Assembly: GCA_041690595.1 (NCBI GenBank)
Contig: JAWLHB010000016.1
Span: 124,001-152,167, forward strand
Source: Lentisphaeria bacterium
GTDB lineage: Bacteria; Verrucomicrobiota; Lentisphaeria; JABSQK01; JAWLHB01
Direction: 5' to 3'
Length of the DNA: 28,167 nucleotides
Within the stretch, counting starts at the first letter, position 1; every line of letters starts with the position of its first letter. Both the position numbers and the translations under genes were made by a program. The notes under the pieces were generated by a model. That model ran no database searches. It was not told the DNA's origin and saw nothing but the letters and a program-made list of their open reading frames with translations. Below, piece after piece: positions 1 to 8,470 of the stretch.

Positions 1-2740
1 TAGTAGGCGCATTCGGGTTGATCTCACGTCCCCCACTCTTTCGGTAAATGTCCACGCTGCCGTACTGCTTCTCCGGCAGCCGCACCCGGCTCCATTCGTC
101 CTGAAAGACGTGGTATTCCGGGATGAAGGGAAGCACCGCCATCTCCTCGAAGTAGACGGGATCGGGATTCGTCAGTGGCTTCGTCTGCGAGGCAAAGCGC
201 ACCACGTCCTCCACCCAATCCTTGACCCCGTGAATCTTCGGCACGTCGTGTTCCTCCTGGAAGCGCTCGAACCAGGCTCGGTCTACCCGCCCCTCGTTCC
301 GCCCCTCGATCACCTTGTCGACCACCTCCCAGTTGTCCATCCACGGCGACTTCCAGGAGCACGAGAGTCCGCCCCAGGGATGAACCGGCAGCCCCACGCC
401 CCCCAGCGTCAGCGCCTTCGTCCGGTAGTCCTCCGGCGTCGGCTTCGTCGGCGAAGCCTGCAGGCCGAATACCAGCTCCGACGCCTCGCGAACGACCCCC
501 GGCACATTGATCAGGTCCACCCGCAGCGTCACCCGCCCCTCCGACCGCACGATACGCATGATCGGCTGCTCGAAATCCTTGGCCGTGATCCACCCCCTGT
601 CGTTCTCGGCAAACCAGGCGATACCCCGCTCCGGCCCGCCCATCCAGATGTAGCCGGTGAAGGCATTCAACCAGCTCGGTTGGCGATAGGTCTGCCGGCT
701 GGTCCAGATCTCGCCATCGCCACTGGGCATGGCCCCCGCGTACGATCGCCGGATGCTGTCCAGCACCTCATGCAGAAGCGTCGCCTCCGCCTCGCGCATG
801 GGAATCTCTATCGAGAGCCGCTGGAGAGCCACCGCCTCGCCGACCGGCTCCAGCCGCATGCTCACCCGCATCATGCCATCCGGCTCCATGGTCGATGTCG
901 TCTCGACACTCAGCGCGGCGCAGCGCGAGCGTGCCCGATAGACCGCTTCATGCGCCGCACTCGTCACCAGCTCGACATCCCCCTCCCACTCCAGCTCGCC
1001 GCCCGCCTCGTTGACCGCCGTCAGCCGCATCGGCGCGGCAAGCAATTCACGCCCCTGTGCCACGACACTCTCCCAAAGCCCGAAGCGGTTCATCTGGTGC
1101 TCACGCAGCACCGTTTCCACCTGCTTCGGCCCTGCTTTCACCGGCGTAAAGGGGGGGAAGACCTCATCCGTCATCCCCAGATCGTTCCCCTCCCAGGCAA
1201 AACGCTGGCGCTTCAACACCAGCGGGTCCGTCTCCCGATCCCCGATCTTCAGGTTGAGCGCATAGTTCCCGCTCGCCAACTCGGGCAACTTGAAATGCTG
1301 ATCTTCCGCCATTAAAGATGCGTCGGCACTGAAAACCAGCTCGCCTTTCTCATCCCGCACCTGCAGGCGCGCGGAGCTTCGGGCAATCTCCTCGTTGGCC
1401 GGGCTGATCTGGACATGCAGATCGCGGCTGCTCGGCAGATGCCAGAAGCGCAGATCCGCCAGCTTCGCCCGCGCCTCCCGCAGGCGGCTCGCATCCACAT
1501 GTCGCCAGTAGAGGTTCGCCGCTTCGCTCGCGCTCAAGGCCCGATCGAAAATATGCACCTCATCCACATCACCAAAGAGCCGGTGATGATTGTACGTCAC
1601 ATCGAGCAGCGCCTCCGGCCCGAAGCGCGCCTCGCTGCTTCCCGCCGCCTCTCCATCCACATACCATTCAAACTTGCCGCTCCCCCAGCTCAACGCGTAG
1701 TGATACCAGCGCTCCGGATAGACCTCCGTCCCCAGCCGGTCCCCGGCGAAGACGAGGATCCCCTGGTTGTCCCGGTAATACGCCGTCAGCGGTCGGAAGT
1801 TGCTGGTCGTGTTGAAGAGGTAGAAGCTGAAGAGACTGGTCGACAGCAACGTCACATTCTGGTCCGAGTAGTTGTTGATTCCCACCGGCCGGCTCCAGAA
1901 GGTGATCGCCCCTTCCGCGGCACTGGCGAAACGGTCGCTGATCGCGATTCTGCCGCGAAAAGCCTGCCCGTGTACCCCATCGACGTAGGCGCCTTCGGTG
2001 ACGATGCCCTCCGGGACGCTACCATCGAAGTCCAGATGCAGCACGGGCCCGGCCGCCGGCGCCAGCACCTGCTCCAGCGGCGCCACCTCCGTCAGCCAGC
2101 TCTGCTCCGGCTTCGGCCACAACTTGGTGATGTTCGTATGCACCCGCACCTCATCCAGAAGGCCCGGCACCCCCTCGCCCACCACGATCGCGCTGCCGAC
2201 CCGTTCCTTCTGCCCGTCCGCCGTCAACCCATGCCCACCTGCCAGCGCCGCCCGGGCAACCTCATGGCCGTTGACATAGAGCACCTGATAGTCGCCCGTG
2301 ACGCTTACCCCCGCAACGTGCATCCACTCGCCCGTCACGGCCAGCCCTTCCGGCGACAGCAACTGCGTCCGCGTGCCCAGGCAATTCTGTACCGCCATAC
2401 CCACCGCACCGGTCGGCTCCAGGAAGAGCTCGAAGCCCCGGGTCGTCCCAGCTTCATGACGCCGCCGGATCAGATGCGCGCGTTCCTCCGGCACCGTCGA
2501 CAGCTTGACCCAGCACTCCATCGACACCTTCCCCGAGAGGTACAGCTCATCCGTCAGCGAGACCCCTTCCGGTCCCTGGTGCGCCCCGCCAAAGCGGCCG
2601 GCCGGCGCACCTTCGGCGTCGAAGCGCTCCAGCAGGAAAGTTGCGGCGTCGGTCTCGTAGGGCTTCCAGAAGGCGGTGTCCACTGCCTGAACGCTGACGG
2701 CAAAGGCCAGGGCGAGCCCGGCGGCAAATCGATGTAGCAT
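1..2740 (-). CDS. Large secreted glycoside-hydrolase-like protein (DUF6067-type core) with two N-terminal LamG-like domains; 3' end lies beyond the left edge (>=913 aa)
   Basis: Translated by hand; not in the ORF track. ATG at 2740 after AAAAGGA. Signal peptide MLHRFAAGLALAFAVSVQA. LamG-like segments SMECWVKL..GEWMHVAGV..LYVNG..LLDEVRV and GAITFWSRP..RWYHYALSW..WYVDG..VDEVHIFDRALS. Then WEGNDLGMTDEVFPPFTP, GIAWFAENDRGW and FGLQASPTKP, motifs shared with three paralogs in the operon. Same frame as the antisense shadow ORFs 110..1315 and 1415..2737. Confidence 0.88.
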   Translation of the reverse strand, partial: MLHRFAAGLALAFAVSVQAVDTAFWKPYETDAATFLLERFDAEGAPAGRFGGAHQGPEGVSLTDELYLSGKVSMECWVKLSTVPEERAHLIRRRHEAGTTRGFELFLEPTGAVGMAVQNCLGTRTQLLSPEGLAVTGEWMHVAGVSVTGDYQVLYVNGHEVARAALAGGHGLTADGQKERVGSAIVVGEGVPGLLDEVRVHTNITKLWPKPEQSWLTEVAPLEQVLAPAAGPVLHLDFDGSVPEGIVTEGAYVDGVHGQAFRGRIAISDRFASAAEGAITFWSRPVGINNYSDQNVTLLSTSLFSFYLFNTTSNFRPLTAYYRDNQGILVFAGDRLGTEVYPERWYHYALSWGSGKFEWYVDGEAAGSSEARFGPEALLDVTYNHHRLFGDVDEVHIFDRALSASEAANLYWRHVDASRLREARAKLADLRFWHLPSSRDLHVQISPANEEIARSSARLQVRDEKGELVFSADASLMAEDQHFKLPELASGNYALNLKIGDRETDPLVLKRQRFAWEGNDLGMTDEVFPPFTPVKAGPKQVETVLREHQMNRFGLWESVVAQGRELLAAPMRLTAVNEAGGELEWEGDVELVTSAAHEAVYRARSRCAALSVETTSTMEPDGMMRVSMRLEPVGEAVALQRLSIEIPMREAEATLLHEVLDSIRRSYAGAMPSGDGEIWTSRQTYRQPSWLNAFTGYIWMGGPERGIAWFAENDRGWITAKDFEQPIMRIVRSEGRVTLRVDLINVPGVVREASELVFGLQASPTKPTPEDYRTKALTLGGVGLPVHPWGGLSCSWKSPWMDNWEVVDKVIEGRNEGRVDRAWFERFQEEHDVPKIHGVKDWVEDVVRFASQTKPLTNPDPVYFEEMAVLPFIPEYHVFQDEWSRVRLPEKQYGSVDIYRKSGGREINPNAPT

Positions 2741-2772
2741 GCGAAGTCTATCCTTTTCGTGCGTGTTGATGC

Positions 2773-3441
2773 TCACCACCCCTGGTGCGTGGCGGAAACC
2801 CATGTCAGATCGAAGGTTGCGGCGGACTTGATGTTGCCGACGTGCCCGTCCGCAAAGAGCAGGCTGGGTCCTCCATGCAGATCGAAGGCCACGGAAGTCT
2901 TCCAGGAATTGGCGTCCATGTAGTAGTTGACCCGCGGCGTACCCCACGCCCATTGGTTGGCGGCATCCGTCAGCATGACCAGATCCACCGGCTTGATGAT
3001 GCCATCGCGCGTGTGGCGGATGTACTCCGACACCTTCCAATGATAGCCGGCGTGCGTGGCGTAGGCATACTTTCCTGGAATCGCATTACCATAGGGCACA
3101 TAGTCATTGGAGGGGCAGACCAGCTCGATCTGCTGCTCCCGTGTCAGATGCCCATCGGTATGAATGGGTTCAGACCAGAAGGTGTAGCTCTCGGTGAAGC
3201 TGGCGTACCTGGTGTCGGTAGCGCTGTAATAGCGGGATGGATACCGGTTCTCATGATCGTCCGCCGAGAAGGTGAACGCCATGAAATACTGCTTGCAGTT
3301 TGACTGGCAGACCGATCGTCGACCCGATTCCCGCGCCCGCGAGAGCGCCGGAAGCAGCAGACTGGCCAGAATGGCGATGATGGCTACCACGACCAGCAAC
3401 TCGATCAGGGTGAACCACAAGCGCTTCTGTACTGCCTTCAT
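2773..3441 (-). CDS. Prepilin-type N-terminal cleavage/methylation protein with C-terminal H-Xn-DG motif (DUF1559-like), pilin-like B, 222 aa
   Basis: [46 protein letters not shown]-terminal [13 protein letters not shown]. Start moved to ATG 3441 (GAGAGGA RBS) because the longer track ORF overlaps the upstream gene. Confidence 0.9.
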   Translation of the reverse strand: MKAVQKRLWFTLIELLVVVAIIAILASLLLPALSRARESGRRSVCQSNCKQYFMAFTFSADDHENRYPSRYYSATDTRYASFTESYTFWSEPIHTDGHLTREQQIELVCPSNDYVPYGNAIPGKYAYATHAGYHWKVSEYIRHTRDGIIKPVDLVMLTDAANQWAWGTPRVNYYMDANSWKTSVAFDLHGGPSLLFADGHVGNIKSAATFDLTWVSATHQGW

Positions 3442-3487
3442 GCTTTGATCCTCTCGATCAATGGTGGTCAGGTGTAATCCGGGTGGG

Positions 3488-6400
3488 CTAATAGCGGCGA
3501 ATGCCGATAAGGCGGCCGGTATGCGGTTGAAGTGCGGGCAGGCGCACCTTACCCGCGTTCGCGTCGAAGATCGTCGCCGGCTCGTCATCGGGCTTATCCA
3601 GATCGCGCAGACGCACAAACTCCTCCCAGGGAAGCTCCGGCAGCAGCCCCAGAGCAGCCAGATCGACGGTCAGCTCGCCGTCCAGTTTCCGGTCGCGGCT
3701 GTAGTTGAAGACCATGAGCAGGATCCGATCCGCCTGCCGCCAGGCGGAGACCAGCACCTCCGGCGAGGCGCTTTCCACGTAGGGGTTGCGCCAGAAGGGG
3801 ATGTAAACCGTTTCCGCCTCGGCCACTCCCCAGTCCAGCGCTGCCGGAGGGACGCTGTGGCCCCACCCTTTCCAGGTGTCGAACATGCGCGGCCACTCGC
3901 GGAAGCCGCGACGCGCGTGATCCCGCTTCACCGGATCCTGGAAGCGCATCAGCGTCATCCAGGTAATGGCGGAGCCGAATTGACCCGAGACCGACATGGC
4001 GCGCATCCGCTCGATCGGGTAGCCATCGACCCAATCCATCCCCGACTCGTCGCTCACGGCGTGGTACTCGCCATCGAGCACGGCATCCATCCATCCCATG
4101 GCGGGGAGGCAATAACAGTTGGTGGCATGCGAGACCTGCGAATTGGGCGTCAACCCGTGATCGCCCATCAGGCCATACATGCGCATCGTGAACTGGCGAA
4201 TATTGAGCGCATTGAAGGACGGTTGAATGCGGCCATCGGGCAGCTCATACGCCAGACCGGCCTGAACCGATTGCTTGAGTGCCATGAAGAAGATATCCCA
4301 GTAGATGGTGCGCAACCCGCCTTCACGGAAGGCACGATCCGCGATGTAAAGGAAGTAATCCTGCTCCGTCCTGTTCCAGGTGTCGTTCTCCCAGTCCGCC
4401 GCAAAGTACTCCGTGACCCGCTTGTCCGGCGACTTCCAGCCATACCCCATGAGCGGCAGCGAGGTGTGCACCGTCGAGCCATACTTGTTGCGGGCGAGGG
4501 CAGGATCCGTGATCCGGAGTTTCGCCACACGCGCATCGGCAATTTCCTTGTAGCCGGCCCACATCTCGCTCCACTGCTCCGGATCGGTGGAGGGAGGTGT
4601 CAGCCAGTTCCAGCCGTCCACCAGCACCTTGCCATCCTCATCCTTCTGCTTCTTGTTGATCCCGTCGAAGGTGCCATCCTCCGAGTAGGTGACCTCGCGC
4701 CAGTTCCTGGCCATCGGCCGGAAGGGCGAAGCCATATAGGTGAAGTGAATGGTGCGCGGCTCCCTCAGTTCGATCCCCTTGGGTACGATATGGTTGCGAA
4801 TCACAAAGGCATCGCCCTGCCGCACCAGGTCGTGCGCGGGATGTTCATTGTCCGGAAACCACCCGCGATCGCTGTCCGCATGCCAGAGGAAACCACGCTT
4901 CTCGTTGCCGAGCCACAGGGAAGGATAGAAGGAACCGACCGTCATACCGGAACCGTTGATCCCGGTGTCGAGTGTATCCCACACCTTCCCCTGCTGGTCG
5001 CGCGGCAGCACCATCGCCGTCTTCGACGCATAATTGCCTCCCTGGCCCTGGCAGAGGAAACTCTCCGCCTCCGCCGCGGAAATGGGAAACTCCAGTCGCA
5101 GCCCCTCGATCGTCACGGCCTGCCCGGCCGCCGGAGCATACGTTAGATCCAGCAGAACCATCCCATCCTGTTCAAGGCGTCCATCCACCGTGAAGCGCAG
5201 CCCTGCCCCCGTCGCCTCCCCCGTGAAGGGAATGCGCCACGCCGTTTCGGCACCGAAACTCGGCACGCCGATCAGCGGTACCGCCTCTTCCCTGCCGTTC
5301 ACCGTCACGATCAGCCGCGCCGCGCCCCCGCTCACCGTCCGCCCCTGTGAGACGACCGCAGCCGGCAGCCCCAGCGCATCGAGCGTATACTCTCTGCCCC
5401 AGGCGCGAACTGCGGCCCCATCGCGGGTGAGCGCGGTGAAGGGTGCGATGAGCCGCTCCGTGTCGCCGAGCTTTGTCTGCCACCACGCCGCGAAGGCCGT
5501 CGCTTCGTCCAGCTTAGTAAAGGAAACCGTCTCCGGCCCCAATCGCGTTCCGTCCCGAAGCTGCATGGTGGCGCTCAGGATGTACTCCCCGGGCTGCAGG
5601 TCAGGCAGCGGGATCAGCGCGCGATAGACGTAGGTGACCGGATTCCCAATCTCCCCGTCGGCGAGAAGCTTTCCATCCGAAGCCCGACTGATCGTATAGG
5701 CAACCCGTTCAGCGTCTTCAGGCCGCGCCAGATAGTAGGAATCGGCCTCCACCAGGAAATTCGGCTTGACCGGATTGAAGGTGCCGAGCAGCGGAAACGC
5801 TTTCTCCGAGGGTGCGGCCGGCGCCAGCGCATCCTTCGGATAGGCATGCGGCTTGAAGAAATGGAAGTTCGAGAAGATCACCCGCTCATCCTGCTTCACC
5901 TGATGATGCATGAGGAGGAAGGCCTCCTTCGGACTCTCCGGCAGAGGCTTGTCGAGTTGGAACTCCGCCGTCCCACCAGCCTCGATGGTCAGGCTCTCGG
6001 CTTCAACCAATAGTTCTTCCAGACCGGTGATCGCCTTGAGTCCTCCCTTGCCCGTCTCGACCACCGACCAAGTCACGCGCACCTCCACGTTGGCCGGACT
6101 CGCTGCCTGATTGTAGAGGCTGTAGTGCACCGAGGCGAGGCCGTCCAGCGGCCCGGGCAGCTTGTCCATCGTCATCTGCACGGCCACCGCCTTCTCCACC
6201 AGGGTCGCCGTGGGGTATTGCCCCGGATCGAAGTAACTGGTACCGGAGGAGATGCGCGCCTGCGTCCAGCCACTGTACATGTGGTTGAAAGCCATCATCA
6301 CCTTCCACTCGTCGCCGACCTGATTAGGGCCACGAAGTTCATACTCGGCCGCGGGCATGATCACCTCGCATTCCCACCAGCGTCCCCCCAGCGGCGCGCT

Positions 6401-6943
6401 CCCTTCTTCCGTCAACCCCGCCCGCGCCTCGAACCGCGGGTTCCAGTTCTTGAACTGCTGCCCGACCGACACACGGTTGAAGTCGCCGAAGAAGCCCAGC
6501 GTGTTTAGGATGAATTTGAAGGAGCTTGGTGTGGTTCCCTGCACCACATTCTTGCCCAGCGGCATGATGTGGAACTCCGCCCCGTCATCAAAGACGGTAG
6601 CTGCGCCGGGTTGGCGCCCGCGCGCCGAAGGCTTGTACCCGGGTTTCACCCAGGTGCGGATAGCCATGTAGAGGTTCTCCGCGTCCCACGCCAGGTAATA
6701 CGTCGTCGGCCGCGCGATCAACACGTTCGACATGGCGCCACCCACACCGCTGATCGCAGTCGCCTCTCGCCACTCATCCGCCTCGATTCGCCCGTCAAGC
6801 GTGGGCGGATTGCTCATCCTGGGCACGGAAAGGTGCGGCAGCATGCCATCCGGCACCGGCGCCTGCCAGGAAGCCTGTGTCACTCCTGCCAGCGTCAGCG
6901 CCAGCATGCCCGCCACTACCCAACTGATCGTCTGTCGCATCAT
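3488..6943 (-). CDS. Large secreted glycoside-hydrolase-like protein (CBM9-like domain plus DUF6067-type core), ~1151 aa
   Basis: AAGGAG followed by ATGATGATG (6946/6943/6940, exact start uncertain). Signal peptide ending [18 protein letters not shown] (CBM9-like start); [28 protein letters not shown]. Confidence 0.85.
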   Translation of the reverse strand: MMRQTISWVVAGMLALTLAGVTQASWQAPVPDGMLPHLSVPRMSNPPTLDGRIEADEWREATAISGVGGAMSNVLIARPTTYYLAWDAENLYMAIRTWVKPGYKPSARGRQPGAATVFDDGAEFHIMPLGKNVVQGTTPSSFKFILNTLGFFGDFNRVSVGQQFKNWNPRFEARAGLTEEGSAPLGGRWWECEVIMPAAEYELRGPNQVGDEWKVMMAFNHMYSGWTQARISSGTSYFDPGQYPTATLVEKAVAVQMTMDKLPGPLDGLASVHYSLYNQAASPANVEVRVTWSVVETGKGGLKAITGLEELLVEAESLTIEAGGTAEFQLDKPLPESPKEAFLLMHHQVKQDERVIFSNFHFFKPHAYPKDALAPAAPSEKAFPLLGTFNPVKPNFLVEADSYYLARPEDAERVAYTISRASDGKLLADGEIGNPVTYVYRALIPLPDLQPGEYILSATMQLRDGTRLGPETVSFTKLDEATAFAAWWQTKLGDTERLIAPFTALTRDGAAVRAWGREYTLDALGLPAAVVSQGRTVSGGAARLIVTVNGREEAVPLIGVPSFGAETAWRIPFTGEATGAGLRFTVDGRLEQDGMVLLDLTYAPAAGQAVTIEGLRLEFPISAAEAESFLCQGQGGNYASKTAMVLPRDQQGKVWDTLDTGINGSGMTVGSFYPSLWLGNEKRGFLWHADSDRGWFPDNEHPAHDLVRQGDAFVIRNHIVPKGIELREPRTIHFTYMASPFRPMARNWREVTYSEDGTFDGINKKQKDEDGKVLVDGWNWLTPPSTDPEQWSEMWAGYKEIADARVAKLRITDPALARNKYGSTVHTSLPLMGYGWKSPDKRVTEYFAADWENDTWNRTEQDYFLYIADRAFREGGLRTIYWDIFFMALKQSVQAGLAYELPDGRIQPSFNALNIRQFTMRMYGLMGDHGLTPNSQVSHATNCYCLPAMGWMDAVLDGEYHAVSDESGMDWVDGYPIERMRAMSVSGQFGSAITWMTLMRFQDPVKRDHARRGFREWPRMFDTWKGWGHSVPPAALDWGVAEAETVYIPFWRNPYVESASPEVLVSAWRQADRILLMVFNYSRDRKLDGELTVDLAALGLLPELPWEEFVRLRDLDKPDDEPATIFDANAGKVRLPALQPHTGRLIGIRRY

Positions 6944-6962
6944 CATCTCTCTCCTTCGTGAT

Positions 6963-8453
6963 TCAAGGCGTATACATGTGGGGACTCGATTCAGGACCGA
7001 CCTGGAACAGGCGCGGCGGACGGGCGCCCGCCCTCTCCGGCAGAGCAAACTCGGCAGCGCTTCCCGCCGCCGCAGGCAGGATCGTCGCATCCGCATCGGC
7101 GCCGATTGCTTCGGCAAATCTGGCGTGTTCGTCACTCTGGTAGAGATAATCGCGGCTGGCCCAGCCACCCTCTTCCTTCTGCACCCGCGTCAGATACTCC
7201 CATTTGGACGCTTCGTAGGCATTGCCCGAGGCACTGACATTCGTGGTGACATCCACTGGATCCTGACCGACTGTCTGCAGGGCGATGATGCGGGTGTTGA
7301 CGTCGCAGTCCACCCAGGCGCAGTTACGCATCGTCAGGCGGCTGGTCGCGGTCATCGCCGCCTGCAGACCGACGGCGAAGCCCTTCAGGGTACAGTTCTC
7401 CATCTCCAAACTGCTATTAAGGTCGCTGAGGTAGATGCCGGTGGCACCACCCACAAATGGGCCGGTCAGCAGGCAATTCTTCAACTTCACCTGAGCGCCT
7501 CGCGTCACCGTCAAGGCCTTCTTGGGATTGCCGCGAATGATGCAGTTCTCCATCTCGAAGCGACCGCTGTAGAGCTCCACGCCCCCCCGCCACGTGTCGT
7601 ACTCGATCAGGCAGTTCTCATACCGCACCACCACCTCCGGATAAACGTCAACGATACCGCAACCCGCGTTGTTGTGGAACCACGCGTTGCGCACGATCAC
7701 CTCCGCACCGTGGTGCGACATCCCCTGATCCATGAAGTAACGAGCTTCGATATTCTCGAAGACGACGTCCTTGTTGCGGTGGGTGGCATAACCATCCGTG
7801 CCACCGTACTCGGTGATGAAATTGCGCACCGTGATATGGCTGCCGGCCACATAGATGCCCCCGCGACCGTCGATCGCCTCCACCCGCACATCGTCCGGCG
7901 TCTTCCCCTCCGGCAGGCAAATGAAAAGCGTGTTGTGAAGCGGATCCTCCTTGGCCTCCTTGCGGTTCTTGTAGAGGAGGTAGCTGTAGGGGACGAGCGC
8001 CTCGCGGCTGATGACGTTACGGCCAGCCTCTCCCTCGAAATGGACCAGCGCGAAGCCCCCTTCCCAGTGCGTCTCCATACCCCACGCATTGTTCCGCAAT
8101 GGGCGACTGAATATCCCTCCACCTTCCGCCTTCCACGCCTCATTCGGCAGCTGCTTCCAGCCGCTGACAACGCTCCCGTGCCCATCGATGACGATCCGCG
8201 CCTCGGGCGTCCCCGACACATGCTCGATACGTATGTCTGACGGATACGCCTCTTCGGTTGGCATCACATGCAGCGTATCCCCCGGCTTCAGCGCCTTCAG
8301 CGCCCGGTCGATCGACTGAAAGGGGGCCTCCCGCGTACCCGCCTGTTCATCGTCCCCGCGCAGATTGTTGACCCAGAACTCACCTCCGAGGCTGAGCGGA
8401 CCGGCCATGGCCAGGATGGCGGCGAACAGCATGGCATAGTGGAATCGTTTCAT
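6963..8453 (-). CDS. Secreted right-handed parallel beta-helix (pectin-lyase-fold) protein, 496 aa
   Basis: GGAGAG RBS, ATG 8453, signal peptide. FWVNNLRGDDEQAGTREAPFQSIDRALKALKPGDTLHV is a typical beta-helix N-cap; repeated Asn/Cys-ladder strands follow (ITVRNF, FENIEA, YENCLI, MENCII, LKNCLL, MENCTL, MRNCAW). Confidence 0.85.
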   Translation of the reverse strand: MKRFHYAMLFAAILAMAGPLSLGGEFWVNNLRGDDEQAGTREAPFQSIDRALKALKPGDTLHVMPTEEAYPSDIRIEHVSGTPEARIVIDGHGSVVSGWKQLPNEAWKAEGGGIFSRPLRNNAWGMETHWEGGFALVHFEGEAGRNVISREALVPYSYLLYKNRKEAKEDPLHNTLFICLPEGKTPDDVRVEAIDGRGGIYVAGSHITVRNFITEYGGTDGYATHRNKDVVFENIEARYFMDQGMSHHGAEVIVRNAWFHNNAGCGIVDVYPEVVVRYENCLIEYDTWRGGVELYSGRFEMENCIIRGNPKKALTVTRGAQVKLKNCLLTGPFVGGATGIYLSDLNSSLEMENCTLKGFAVGLQAAMTATSRLTMRNCAWVDCDVNTRIIALQTVGQDPVDVTTNVSASGNAYEASKWEYLTRVQKEEGGWASRDYLYQSDEHARFAEAIGADADATILPAAAGSAAEFALPERAGARPPRLFQVGPESSPHMYTP

Positions 8454-8470
8454 CGTCTCTCTCCGGTTAG

